From Chiloscyllium plagiosum (lineage: Eukaryota): a stretch of DNA of 64,000 bases. Location: NCBI RefSeq assembly GCF_004010195.1, contig NC_057725.1, positions 27,179,796 to 27,243,795 on the forward strand. Direction: 5' to 3'. The notes below the pieces were generated by a model, which saw only the letters and a program-made list of their open reading frames with translations, made no database searches and was not told the DNA's origin. Within the stretch, counting starts at the first letter, position 1. Every line of letters begins with the position of its first letter. Both the position numbers and the translations under genes were made by a program. Positions 49,578 to 63,515 of the stretch are shown here, piece by piece.

Positions 49578-50555
49578 GATCATGGGGCTCTGGAACAGCG
49601 AGGGCTGCCTCTGATACCAGTTCAGGCTTGGAAACAGTCAATCAGCCACTCGAGGTAGTCAGAGTCAGGATGCTCCCCACATAAGCAGCTGAATGACAGG
49701 CAGCCCACCATCTGTTTAGAGGCTATCTATTCTCCTGGAATGAGAGAGAGGCAGATTTTATGAGAGATGAAATTGGTTGGCAGAGTTTAATGCTTTAGTG
49801 CAGTTGGAGAGCTGGCCAAGTGAGTGAGTAAGTGGCAAACAGGACATGCAGGGATAGTGATGCCGGTGTTTGGTTAGGTGACAGTGAGTGAGGGAAGAAT
49901 TTGCAGGCAACAATGAGAGTGATAGAGCATAGTCATTGTAGGAGGTAGGTACAGTAACAGGGAGTTTGAGAGTTAGAGAGAAGATCATGGCACTTAGTAT
50001 TATAATGTTGCGTATTCCTCTAGGTAGCTGAGGATGCTTTAACCCAGATGGCAACTTGCACTAGGCTGGTTTGGTCTAGCTCCTACTGCTGGCCCTGAGG
50101 GAAGAGGAAGTCCCACTTCTGCACTACCTAATCTAGCAGGGCCTCAGGTCCTTGCCCAGACAGTGGGATCCTGATTAATCCCTGCCTGTCACATCCAGGG
50201 CAAATGTCAAGAGCCTTGAAAGGCTCTGGACTGACAGTGCCTGTCTGGGTGCATAACAAGCTTTTAATTCCCTTGTGTTTAGAAGAGCAATGATCTACTT
50301 CAGCCATTTAAAACAATAACAACATTTGAAAGGGTATATATGATTTGGTAGAGTTTCAATGAAATTGTGAACATCTGATGGGAGAATCTTTAACAAGAGG
50401 ACATGATCTCCTAAGTAAAGAAGGCTATTTGGGAGTGAAATCAGGAGAAGTTTTTCCACACAAAGGATAGGGAACACTCTCCCACAAAGATACAGATGAT
50501 AAGCCACTTAAAAGTTTCAAGAAGGGAGCTCAGTAGGTTTTTGATGGATACAGAG

Positions 50556-50882
50556 AGAATCTAGAATCCCTACAGTGTAGACAGAGGCCATTTGGCCCAA
50601 CGGCTCTGTACCGACTCTGTAAAGAGCATCCCATGCTATCTCTATTACCATACTTAACCTATTTAACCTGAGCATCCATGGATTCTATGGGCAATTTAAC
50701 ATGGCCAATCCATCTAACTTGCACATCTTTGGACTGTGGGAGGATACCAGCGCACCCAGGGAAAACCCATACAGACACAGGAAGAACATACAAAGTCCTT
50801 ACAGTTATGTAGGGATGGAATCGAATACTGGTCGCTGGTGCTGTGAGGTAGCAGTGCTAACCATTGAGCCACCGTGCCACCC
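50556..50882 (-). mobile_element. HE1-like V-SINE
   Basis: Head gtggcacggtggctcaatggttagcactgctacctcacagc and V-domain cccacagtccaaagatgtgc. Confidence 0.88.
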
Positions 50883-51821
50883 AGTGAGCTTATAGTGAGC
50901 TTATAAATGAAGTTCAGGTACAGAATAACCATAATTGTAATACGAGTAATGAAACAGCTAAAGGGTCCACTTACATTACCAGATTGCATGCTGTGATAAT
51001 CTAAGGCTATAATTCAGACACAAAATAGCAAGTTAATGAGTGTGTACTAAGGCCAATGTAGCGAGATACCAGAGAGCAGATTGAAGAGAAATCAAAGTGA
51101 GCCAGACCGGTAGGCGTGAGGCTGATGAGAATTTAGGAAACGCCTTCTCTTTAAATCAATGCAAAGACGATAAGAACAAATGAACCTGACACTCGTTGTG
51201 ATCCCATGACAGTGCTTATGCCTCAAACAGAAAAGAAGAAAGAGTCAAGAATAACTGGGAAGTAGAAGTAATTCCAGCTGTCTCAAATGAAGCTGCAAAA
51301 CAAGATTTATCAACAAAAACGTTAATAGGGAACAAAACCAAATGAGACCATATGAATTAGACCATTCCAATTTCCCTCCCAAACAAAACACTGCATGTAA
51401 CAAAAACAATACACTCTCTGAGATAACAATTCATTGAAAGCTGTGTGGAGCCAGTTAGAATAGAAGAAAGATAAGGGTAAATTCAACAACACATAAATCT
51501 AAAAATCAGCTTGTAGCCTTGAAAGGAGCAGGGTAGAGCTAGGAATTTCAGGAGACTGCATTAATCATCCACTAATAACATAAGTTATGATTTCAAGCTT
51601 TGTGTGTAATTGTGAACAATTACATGATTGAGGAAACTTTAAAAGGAAACTGAATCAAATACCTGAGAAGCTGGTCATAAATATGAACAGGCCCAAAATA
51701 AATCCATCTCTTTTTATTGGGACTTGTTACCAGAGTTTCTCAAGAGGGTTCAGAAAAGATTTACCAGAATGTTCCCAGGACTGGAGGTTTGTGCTGTAAG
51801 GATAGGCTGGAACTTTGAATA

Positions 51822-52086
51822 CAGTAGAACCTCGATTATCCGAACGAGACAGGCGGGGAGTATTGTATTTGGATAATTGATCGTTCGGATAATCGATTTG
51901 ATCATAAACAAGTGGTAATTTAAAAGTGCCGGTTATCCAAACACTTCTCCGTTATTTGACAATGCACGCCATGATACCATTTAACTGATAACGTTGTGGT
52001 TAATGCCGTTTTTACGGGAACTTGAGACCTTGTTCAGATAATCCAAAATTTGGGTAATTGATGTTCTGATAAAGGAGGTTGTACTG
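51822..52086. mobile_element. Tigger/pogo-type miniature inverted-repeat element (MITE), 265 bp
   Basis: TA|CAGTAGAACCTCGATTATC ... gataaaggaggttgtACTG|TA: terminal inverted repeats plus TA TSD. Confidence 0.85.
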
Positions 52087-53109
52087 TAGTTCTTTGTGCT
52101 AAAATGTCAACATAAAGTCATGTTGGGCAAACAATTACTTTAAAGTATATATTCAGAGGATGTTGCCTTTGCTGACACGTTATTGGTCACCTTAATTCCC
52201 TTTGAAACAGCAGTGCTGAGCCTCCTTCTTGAACTCCTGGTGCCCACATGGTGAAGCTGCCAATAGACCAGGAATTGCAGGATTTTGAACCTGTGATGAT
52301 GAAACGATGACCAATACGTATCTAAAGTGACATGGTTGGCTTATTCTAATTTCATCAAGTTTTGTGGAGAGTTTCTCTCCATGAAGTCCATCAGGTTTTC
52401 TTGCCACATCTTACTAAACACACTTCATTGGCTGCACTGATCAGTGCAGTCTTGGGCATCTGCAGGAATGCACAGCAAAGTGGAGATCTATGTCCTTCTC
52501 CCCTCCACCAGCATATGTGCCACCATCTTCTTTCTGATATTTCACACTGACTCCATCTCTAATCAGTACTCACCATCCAACAAGGTTTGTGCTATATCAC
52601 TGTCAATATTGCCTGCAGTATCTTCCCCCATTCACTTTCATCTAACCAGACTGAATTGGAGATGTGCCATGATGGTTCTCAGAGACAGTTAATAATGTTG
52701 TTAATAGTCATTATTCCCCTTAAGAAGCAACTCTTTGCTGCCTAGCAGGAATCTCATTTTGACTCCTAGAACTCAGTTTAAAAGATGCAGCTGGTTGTTC
52801 TCGATGTCAAGAATGGTTTCACTGGACTTCTTATATGATTCCACATTTCTTGCCATAGCCTAAGTCTTTTAGGACTCTATAAGATTCTGCCTGGTGAGTG
52901 TGCCTTGGAGGCGAACTGGAAATTGATGTGTCCCCATATATCTGATTACCCTTGTCTTTCTAGCTGTTGAAGATTGTGGCTTTGAAGTTCAAATAACATT
53001 TAACAGCCTGTGTGAAATAATAGATGTTTTGAATGAGGGCAAAGGCTTGATTCTGCTGCTGCCAGGTGTATCACATTTACCTTTAAGTGTTTAGGTCCCA
53101 CTACAGAGA

Positions 53110-53400
53110 TTTGTGTATTAAACTGTGGCTGACACTTCCAATGCTGAGGTTTCTTGACTGCTAGAAGTATTGTCGTTTGGGATGTAATGTTAGTCCAAAA
53201 CTTCGTATGACTTCTCAGGTGGATTGAAGGATTTTCTTGGGAGAAGAGCAGGGGAGCTCACTCCAAAATGCTGGTCAATATTTGCCCCATAGCCAATATC
53301 ATGAAAACAGATTATCTGTTGGTATCAGATTGCTATTCATGGGAGCTTGATTTACCGAAATAGACTGCCATTAAATACACTTTACAGCAAATGGTGGTAC
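53110..53400 (+). mobile_element. DeuSINE-like element
   Basis: gaagagcaggggag..ctggtcaatattt..aacagattatctg..gggagcttg. Confidence 0.65.
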
Positions 53401-55749
53401 AGCATTTTGGGAATGCATACAAAGCAGATTTTTTTTTTATAACAACAATAAAAGGTCCCATGTAAACAAAGGGCTTATGGAAATAAACCCCATTTGTTAC
53501 TGAAGTATAGAGTTCTTTTCTTACATATTATTCATGAATCTGGGAGTTGAAATGAAATATCTATATGGCTCTTTTTGACATCAGGATCAGTTCTCCCAAA
53601 CAAAAATAACGTTTACAACATCAACTTGTTTTCATCTTTAACACATGTGGTTAATAGAAGGATGGTTGTGAGCAATAGAGATTTAGGTGGCTGTGTGTAG
53701 AATTCACTGAATCATTGAGATTGATTAGATTTTTATTAGCCAAGGATATTAAGGGATATAGAACCAATAGTTGTATTAAGGTGTTGATCACTCATAATTC
53801 AGTTGAATACCAGAATAAATTCACAGGCCTGAATGACCTTCTCCTATTCCTATTTTCCTTAGATTTGCTTCTTTGAATTCCTGGTAATTTGGAAAAAGTC
53901 ATTTCTCAGTAACACAACCTCGCTGTGTATCATTTGCTAAATTCATCTGTAATTTAGCTTGGGGTGGTAAATTCATTTGAATGTAATGACACAAAATGTG
54001 TTTTTAATGTGACAGTGATAGTTGGTGGGTGTTTGTATTGTTTATATAAGGCTGGCGACCTCTGCAATTTTCAACTAAGTGGCCTGAAAGATAAAATGCT
54101 TCTAATCGAGAGTTCTTCAGATCAGCATCGCCTTACTGTATATGACAGCCCTTTTTGTGTGTAAAGTATAAAGAAGAAGAGCTTACCAGACAACCCATTC
54201 TGTTTCCCAAGTAATGGATAGTTTAATTTCAAACTTTAATTTCATGGAACCTTCTCCCTTAAGAAAGGATTCATTTGAGACGGAAACAGTAAGGATATCT
54301 GTTATTTTTGTTCCATTTTTTGCGTTGTGCACACTCTCCCCCACTGTTACAGAAATGTCCTGGCCAGCTTGACAAGAACACAAATATGCTCATTATGACC
54401 TATGCAAATTGTGCATTTTCATTTTTATTCCCAAAGTGTTGACATTCGTGGAAGTACATCATTTATTGTTCAATTCTAGTCTATCCGTGAAAGACAGATG
54501 GCGGGTCACCTTCTTGAATCACTGCAGCCTGCTAGTATTTCTTATGCATTGTTACCTACATGGTTTTAATACATGTCAGAGAGCAATTAAGAGTCAAACA
54601 ATTGGTTTTGATCTGGACTCAGTTATGGGCCCAGTTTAGGTAAGGACAGCATACTTACCACTTTTTAATGCTGCATTAATGAACAAGTTGGGTTTTTGAA
54701 CATTCCAACTGCTTCAAACCCACTTTTATATCCAGAATTATTTTTAAACTGAGATTACACATGCCCTGGTAAAATTCGAATTCCTGGAATTCTTAACCCT
54801 GTACCATTATGCTGAATTAAAACACACAACCAGGCTATATGGCACAATTAATCTGGGCTAGTGTTTAGGCTCTGCATGAGTTTCCCCCGCCTTTCTTGAT
54901 CTCAATCTATCAGCATATCATTCTATCCTTTTCTCCCTAATGTGTTTATCAAACCGTTCCCTAAATACCTCTGTGCTGTTCAATTCAGTCACTCCCTGAG
55001 GTAGTAATTTCCACATTCTCACCATTCTGTAGGCCAGAAGTTCCTCCTCTCTTTGCAACTGCATTTATTAATGACTACTATACCATAATAACGTAGTCAC
55101 TACACTTGGTTCTTAAGTAACATTTATGAAATAGGAACATCTTTGTATACTTGAGTCTCTCAGATGGAAGGGTTATCGTTCATTCTCTCATCTGCCTGTA
55201 GTATAAATGAAGCAGATTTAGCAGCTATGAAAATTAGATTAATATAAATAGGGTTTGAGACTATATTGTCTCCCTGGGCTGACTTCAGTTTATTAGCTTT
55301 CAACTCGTGTACTGTGACACAGAAATAAATATTAATATTGCAATATTAAAACGATTCAAGCTCTATTCCTGTAGTATTAACCACTAACTACAATATTAAA
55401 TATGTAAAATCTAATTTTACATAAAATTAAAAAGTAAACATTTAACCTGCACTTACACAGCTATTACATTTTTGCACCGATTTATTGATTATTAATTTTG
55501 CTCTTTCTGAACTACCTGAACTACTGGTCCAATCATTGTTTTTAACATTCCCCTTATTTATTCAACCATTATCTCCATTTATGCTATCAAGATAGCAAAT
55601 GTCCCAAAGTACTTCACAGGACTGTTATTAAACAAAATTTGACACTGAACCACATGATTTGCTAATATAGTAGGTGGTCACAAATCCATAACAAGTCCAG
55701 TACCACCCTGTTTCAGTTTATCTGCTGCTGAAAACTCTCCTTTGTGTCT

Positions 55750-56935
55750 TAGTCATAGAGATGTATAGCATGGAAACAGACCCTTCGGTCCAATTCATCC
55801 ATGCTAACCACATATCCTATATTAACCTAGTCCCATTTGCCAGCAATTGGCCCATATCCTTCCAAACCATTCCTATACATGTACCCATCTAGATACCATT
55901 TAAATGTTGTAATTGTACCAGTCTCTATCTCTTCCTCTGGCAGCTCATTCCATACACGTACTACCCTCTGTGAAAAAGTTGCCCTGTAGGTCCCTTTTAA
56001 ATCTTTCCCTCACCCACCTTAAACCTATGCCCTCTAGTTCTGGACTTCCCTAACCTGGGAAAAAGACCTTGACTATTCACTCTATTCAAATCCCTCACAA
56101 TTTTATAAACCTCGAAAAATAATCCCTCAGCCTCCAACGCTCCAGGGAAAATAGCCCTTGTCTATTCACCCTCTTCCTACAGCTCAAACCCTCCAAATCT
56201 GACAACATCCAATAAATCTTTTTTGAACCTTTCAAGTTTAACAACATCTTTCCTATAGCAGGGAGACCAGAATTGAACACAGTATTCCAAAAGTGATCAA
56301 ACCAATGTCCTGTACAACTGCAACATGACCTCTCACCTCCTATACTCAATGCACTGACCAATAAATGGAAGCATACCAAACACAATTTTCACCACCCTGT
56401 CTACCTGCAACTCCATTTTCAAGGAACTATGAGTCTGTACCCCAAGGTCTCCTTGTTTGGCAACACTTCCCAGGACCTTACCATTATGTGTACATGCCCT
56501 GCCTTGATTTCGTTACCAAAATGCAACACCTCACATTTATCTAAATGAAACTCCATCTGCTACTCCTTGGCCCATCTGATCAAGGTCCCCATTGTACTCT
56601 GAGGAAACCTTCTTCACTGTCCACTACGCCACCTATTTTTATGTCATCTACAAATTTACTAACCAGGCTTCCTATATTCACTTCCAAATCACATATAGCT
56701 GACAAAAAGCAGTGGACTCAGCACCAGTCCTTGCAGAACAATGCCGGTCATCAGCCTCAAGACCAAAAAACAATCCTCCACCACCATCCTCTGTCTCCTT
56801 CCTTCAAGTCAATTTTCTATCCAAATGGCTAGCTCTCCCTGGAATCCATGTGATCTAACCTTGCTAACCAGTCTACCATGCAGAACCTTGTCAAACACCT
56901 TGCTGAAGTCCATATAGATGTCAACTCCACTTTAA
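55750..56935 (-). mobile_element. CR1 (HER1-like) LINE 3' fragment
   Basis: Same 3' UTR as 47957; decayed YMDFSK.FDKV and LEYCVQFWSP motifs. Confidence 0.9.
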
Positions 56936-56989
56936 CATCCAGAATTATTTTTAAACTGAAATCAAACATCCCCTGATGGAATTCATGAC

Positions 56990-58945
56990 TCACAACAAAA
57001 ATATATCCTAATGAGGAAGAAGGGAATAAATCAAGGAAGTTAGAGAAAATATCAAATTGAAAGAATGACACATGCATTGAGACAAATATTAATGCTAAAC
57101 CAGAGGATTATAAAAGGTTTAAATATCAAACAAAAATGATCAAAATACAATAAAAAGGGTGAAAATAACCGATAAAAACACCAATTAAGACCTTTTTTAT
57201 CTGTGTACATGTATGTTCACAATGGAAGTGAGAACAAAATGAATATAAGGTCCTTACAGAAAGAGGCTGGGAGAATAACAACAAAGAACCAGAAACGTCA
57301 GGGGAGGTGAATACTTACTTTGCATAATTCTTTAGGGTGGAGAACATTAATAGCATTCCAAAAATATTAACTCAAGGAGCAAGTGATAGGAAACAATTAA
57401 ATAGAATAACTATCATTACTTTCACTGAAACATTTTCTTTAATAGGGCTAAAACTGATGTGTTCCTTGGACCTGATAGGTTGTTTCCTGTAGTACTAAAG
57501 AAAATAGTGACAAGGATAATAGATACACCACTAATAATTTTCCCTTAATATTCAGATTCTGGAAAAGTCACAGACAGTCAATGTAACTCCATTTTTCAAA
57601 AGGGAGGAAGACAAACAGGCAGCTATAGGCCAGTTAGCTTAATGTTTGTCATTAGGAAAGTCTGTTTAAAGGATGTAATAGCAGAGCATTTAAAAATGTA
57701 TGGTATAAACAAGAAAAGTTAGCATGGCTTAATGCAGGGGAAATCATGCCTGACAAATTAATTAATGCATGATAGACAAAGGAAAACCAGTAGATATCAT
57801 GTTTTTAGATTTTGAAAAAGCATTGGATAAGGGGGTCTCACAAAATTTACTTAATAAGGTAAAACCCAAGGTGCTTGGGGTAATATATTAAATTTAATAG
57901 GGTATTGGCTAACTAATAGAAGGTACAGAGTTGGAATAGAGGGAGAATTTTTAGGATGGCAAGCTATAACCTGTGGAGTGCTACAGGGATCAGACTGGTG
58001 TCACAATTACTTTCAATATATATTAATTACTCAATAGGGAAAGAAATATACCATTGCCAAGTTTGTGGATTATACAAAGATTAGGCAGGAAGACTAGTAG
58101 TGAGGATGACACAAAATGTCTACAGTGGGATTTAGACAGATTCGGTGAGTGGGCAAAATACTTGGCAGATGGAATGTGTACTTTGACAGAAAGAGTGGAG
58201 GAGCTGAATATTAATTCAACAGAGAAGGATTTCAGAAAGCTACAGAAAAGGAGGATTTGGTAGTTGTCATGCATGAACCACAGAAAGCTGACATTCAAGT
58301 TCAGGAGATATTAGGGAAGGCAAATGAAATGTTGGCCTTCATTTCAAATGGAACGGAGTATAAAATTAGGGAAGATTGTTAAAACTATACAAGGCACTAG
58401 TCAGACCGCATCTAGAATACTGTCATCAGTTTTGGTCCACTTATCTAAGAAAACATATGTACTGGCAATGGAGACAGTCCAAAGAAGATCCCCTAGTTCG
58501 TTTCTGGGTATGGAGAGATTGACTTATGAGGAGAATTGAGTAGGTTGGGTCTGTATTCAATGGGAGTTTAGAAAAATTAGAGGAAATGTTGAAACAGATA
58601 ATACACTTAAAAGCCTTGACAGGGTAGATGTTCAGAGATTCCTCTTTCTTAGATTCCCCTTGGGGGAGAATCGAGCAGCAGAAGACATACTCTCAAAGTA
58701 AGGAGTCGTCCATTTAAGACAGTCCATTTCTTCTGTGAGGATAGTAAATCATGAACGCAGAGGACTCTCAAGATTGGGTTATTAAAGACATTCAAGATTG
58801 AGGGGGACAGATTTTTAATCAGTAAGGCTACCAAGCATTATGGGCAGAAGAAATGAAAGTAGCATGGAGGATCATCAAATCAATCATGATCCAATTGAAT
58901 GACAGAACAAACTCAATGTGCCAAATGGCCTGCTTCTGCCCATTG
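56990..58945 (+). mobile_element. Decayed CR1 ORF2 long fragment
   Basis: YRPVSL, HGLMQGKSCLTNL, FLDFEKA.DK, LQWDLDR..EWAK, LVRPHLEYC motifs. Confidence 0.85.
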
Positions 58946-59894
58946 TCTTGCGGTGTTCTGGTTTATGCTGCACAATAAGTGTCATCTAGATTTTGTGCTC
59001 AATTCTGTGGAAGTGTCTTCAAAATATAACCTTCTGCTTCAGTAGTAAGAGTGCTACCCACACATAATCTGGAGAGAAAATCTCTGCAAGTTTGAATAAT
59101 TAATTTTGCTAGTTTTAGTCCTGGATGTATTATCATCATCCAGGAAAATATTAAATACCGGTTGGTGAATTTCCACACTTGAAAATGAGAAAAATGACAT
59201 TAGTGTTTATCTAGTGAAATTCACTGAAAACTTTAAATCTCTTTTGGTACCCAGCCTACATTGGCTAGACTCTAGTTGTTACTGAGTTTGTTGAATTTTC
59301 TAATTACCTGTTCAAATATTGAATAACAGCACTACTTTATTGATAACAGTAGGATGGTCATTCATCCACTCCTTAAGTGGTTATAGATTGTTAAACCGTA
59401 CAACCCAATTGAGATTACTCTTCTTCTCCTAGTAAACAAAGTAATTTATTTAAACGTGCGTAGCTCTATTCTTCAATATAATAGGGTGCTTAGGACAGCT
59501 TTGGACCACTAATCTGGTTGCTGACTATAGGTTGCATGCAAGGACTGAAAAATGTGATTATTTCAATCCGCTATGCAGGTTGACCTGAAGAATCATTTTG
59601 CCCATTGTATATCTGGCCACAGAAATGTGCAGCTATTACAAAACTTGCATTTACATGGTGCCTTTCATACCTTGTGCATAGAAATATGTTCCAACACAAA
59701 AAGAAGCCATTCAGCCCATCCAACAAAGACTTGTAGCTGTGCAGTACCTTTAATGACATTGGAATGTCCTGAAACATTTCCAATCTGATGGTGTATTCTT
59801 TGAATGATTGGGCTTCAGGAAATGGAATGATTTCCACATAGCAGGCCTTGCAAATATCTGAGTTAAATGACTAGAGGCTCTGCTTAGAAAGTCA

Positions 59895-60015
59895 GGGATT
59901 TGGCCTGAAATGTTGGCTTTTCTGCTCCTCAGATGCTGTCTAACCTGCTGTGCTTTTCCAGCTCCACATCTATTTACTCTGGCTTCCAGCATCTGCAGTC
60001 CTTACTGTCTCCTAC
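59895..60015 (+). mobile_element. Solo PLE pLTR fragment, family A (older)
   Basis: gaaatgtt..ctgctcctcagatgctg..cctgctgtgcttttccagc..ccagcatctgcagtcct. Confidence 0.8.
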
Positions 60016-60694
60016 TTCTGCTGAAAGAGTCTGTTCAGAGCTAAATGTTAACCTAGTAACTGAGGGCAAACATTTCTGTATGATCTTTTGCATTTTATGA
60101 TGACAGATGTTACTTTGATTTAATATTTCAATCAAAAGACAGCACTTTCAAAAGTGTAGCTCTCCCTTGATCATGTCAGGCTTGATTTGCTTTCTCTCTG
60201 AAGTGCGAGCTGTGCTTTGTAACTCAAAGGTATCTCAAAGGGTATAACTCAATTGTCACTGCAAGCTAACATTTCCTCTCCTTTATAATCTGCCACTCTG
60301 GAAAGCTGCCCAAACTTTTTATTGCAGTAACTTATTGAATCCAAAGAAAGAGATAAAAAGAAAAGCTTGAGTATTAAATTCCCTTCAAAGAAGTCAAGGA
60401 GGACTGGGTGGTAAAAATCAAGACAATCATTATGTCTTGAGGTGGTGATGGTGCACGAACTGCTGACGAATTGCAGGAAGCCATTGGAAAAGATAGACTG
60501 CAGTGGGTTTGCAGAGAAGCATCATATATTAATAGACCAAGAAGGTAATGGGCTTTAGCTGAACGGATGGTCACAGTGAATGAGCTTCTCATCCATGAAG
60601 CAATAATAAAAAGCCATTTGGAAAGATTACCTTGTACAAAGAGAACTGGGAGATAAATATTAATTTTGTGGTGCTCAGTGGACTTTCAAAACAA

Positions 60695-61095
60695 AGAAAG
60701 CCATACACTTATATAAAATCGTTCATGACCTCGGTACTGCCAACTACTGCCAATGAAGTATTTTGTTAAGTACAATCAATGCTGTAATGTAGAAAGTGCA
60801 ACAGTTAATTTGTGCAAAATAAGGCCTACAAACAGTAACAAAATAATAAACAGTCAATTTGTTTTTCGTGAAATTAGTTGAGGAAAAAATATTTGCCAAA
60901 TCTCTGAGGGAAACTCACTAGCTCTTCAAACAAGTGACAATGGAGGCTACAGACCCTATAGAAATAGTTTAACATCTTATTTGACAGACGACACCTCCAA
61001 CAATGCATCAAGCTTCCATTTCAGCCTAATGAATGGAGTAGAGGTTGACTCAGCAACCATCTGATTTAGAGATAGGAGTTCTATTCACTGATTCG
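60695..61095 (-). mobile_element. DeuSINE-like element
   Basis: ccaatgaagta..tgtaatgtag..tttgtgca..gtttaacatcttatttga.agac.acacctcc.acaatgca. Confidence 0.65.
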
Positions 61096-61789
61096 CAAAT
61101 GACTGACCAAATGGTAGAAATGCCAGATTCTGGAATTGTGACCTGTCACTGGCACATTGGCTGAACTACATTTTCATGAGACCTGGAACTCTATTGTTCA
61201 AATTAACTCTTTGGTGTCAGCATGAGTTGCTTTCACTTTGCACTGAGACTGAGCAAACTGTAATGTAAATCCAGACTTGAGGTTGGACCAGCTTCCAAAG
61301 TGGAACAACTACAAAGTTGAGTAAGACTCCTTTCATTAGGATACTTCATTCCACTTCTGCTTCTCTCCACAGACTAGTCCTTGTCACAGGACATGTCAGC
61401 ATCAGCATAAAATGTTCTAATAGCTACAGCTATTAGCCCAGCTACAATACAAGTGCAAGCAAAGCAGTCTGCGTTGGGATGGCATGGAAACAAAAACAAA
61501 ACCTGTCTTCTGTGTTAACTATAACCCCCAGAAACCATTGAGAACAAAGTAAGACAGGTAGACAAAACAAATAGCACAAGTTGTTGAGAGATAATCCGCT
61601 CCATTTATGCACCGGTGTCTGATTGAATAGCAGGTGAATGGTTTTGGCATTCAAGTAAATTATTTATTTCCACCCTGATAGTAAAGCAGAAAAGGGCAAC
61701 ATAACTCTGAGCAGTGACCCTCACTGCTTCAAAATACAAGATTGCTTTTGAATTGCTGTCTCTGTGTTCTGTATGAAGCCCTTGTCACT

Positions 61790-62230
61790 GTTTATACCTC
61801 AACCAACACTATCACAAAAAGGGCAGATTGATCTTTATCACATTTCTGTTTGTGGAAGCTTACTGTGTGAAAATTGGGGGCCACGATTCCTGCATAACAA
61901 CTGTGTCCATGCTTCAAATATTATTTCATTGACTGTACGGGATTATGTTGAATTCCTGAAAGCTGCTTTTTAATTCACTTGTCATTTCTGGTGGAATTGA
62001 TTGAGGAGAGAAATGTTATCCCAGATGGTGAGAAAAAAATCCTGCTTTTCTTTGAATAGTGCTGCAAGATTTTTGACACCTACCTGCAAAGGCAGTCAGC
62101 TATGAGGTTAATCTGATCTGAAAGTCAGCGCAGTCAACCATGCAGTAATCTCTTAGTTATGCATGTTATGCATTGGACAGGAGTTTGGATCTATGGCCTT
62201 TGGCTCAGAAGCAAGAGAATTAACTAGGTA
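61790..62230. mobile_element. Two adjacent DeuSINE-like fragments in opposite orientation
   Basis: Plus-strand tail at about 61790-61970 (atcacatt.ctgtttgtggaagctt.ctgtg); minus-strand body at about 61995-62230. Confidence 0.55.
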
Positions 62231-63154
62231 ACAGAACTATTGAAAATGAATGAAAGCAATGTTATACAGTAATCTCCACTTAATTTAGCTTAATATCAAT
62301 TCCACTGTAAGATTCTGGCAGGTCACAGACGATTCAGCCCAACTTGTCTGGACTATTACTGATACAATCACATGAACATGCTCCTCCTTATGTAATCTCA
62401 TCTTCAGCATATTCTTGAGTTTCTTTGTCTCCATGTGTTCATTAAAGCTATGTATGCATTTGTCTCAACTATCTTTGTGGTACAGAATTCCACATTCCCA
62501 CCACTATCTGGGTATGGAAGTTTCTCCCCTCTTGTATGTTGGAAAGTTAATGGAAAACTCAACTTCAATGTTGGATATTCTGAGTTTTAACTTGGTTATT
62601 TGTACTAGACTTAGATGCAGGATGAAAAGGCCAAATCATAATGTCTTTGAGAAAAAATTGTTCAAAATGGCTTGAAATGCAACTTAGCTTAACACTTTGA
62701 AAGCCATATGTTTATACAGCATCTCACCCCAAGTTTATTTTACCCATTTATACATTCAATTATATAATTACTTTCAAATTTATCTCAATTGATCTATGAA
62801 CTACTTCTCCATTGGATAATCTTATTTCTCTTAGATGTCCCTTGCAGAGGATTTCACTCCTGCTGAATGTGTTAGTTTACCCTATCTAAAGGACCCTTTA
62901 ATCTTTAGATTGTCTATCTTGGAAGACAGCAGCTCTGTTGAACAAGTACTTTTTTCCTTTCAATTGCCAGGATTTTTGGACTAAACAACTGCTTTTTGAT
63001 TTGAAACAATGTTCTCTTTTTATTTTGCAGTATCTTAGATATTCAGACTACACATTTTATTATTTTTGATTGTGTTTTGAGTCTGTGAAAGTTGGTTTAA
63101 CTTCAATGGAATCATTTGCAACTCATCTCCATTCTGTTCCTGCAAATAGTCAAA

Positions 63155-63515
63155 GAACCATAGAGATTTACAGCATGGAAATAGACCCTTTGATCTAACT
63201 CATGCACACCGACTAGATATCCTAAACTGATCTATTCCTACTTGCCAGCATTTTGCCCATATCCCTCTAAATCTTTCATATTCATATACCCATCCAGATG
63301 TCTTTTAAATGTTGTAATTGTACCTCCCCCACCACATCTTCTGGCAGCTTGTTCCATACACACACCACTCCCTGTGAAAAAGTTGTTCCTTAGGTCCCTT
63401 TTAAATCTTTCCCCTCTCACCTTAAACCTCTGCCATCTAGTTTTAGAATCTCCTATCCTGGGAAAAAGATCTTAGCTATTCACTTCCCTCATGATTTTAT
63501 ACATCTCTGTAAGCT
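63155..63515 (-). mobile_element. CR1 (HER1-like) 3' end
   Basis: RGERFKRDLRNNFF and shared 3' UTR. Confidence 0.88.

Noticed and set aside
49580-50280. GC-richer segment, possibly a Harbinger-type DNA transposon
   Set aside because: No terminal inverted repeat pair, TSD or transposase motif could be identified.
51112-51145. aggcgt-gagg-CTGATGA-gaatttag-GAAA-cgcct, resembling a type III hammerhead
   Set aside because: Helix III pairs, but the cleavage triplet would be GUG and neither helix I nor helix II can form; likely chance.
60440-60550. Possible small exon ending AAG|GTAATG
   Set aside because: Weak acceptor and unrecognised peptide.
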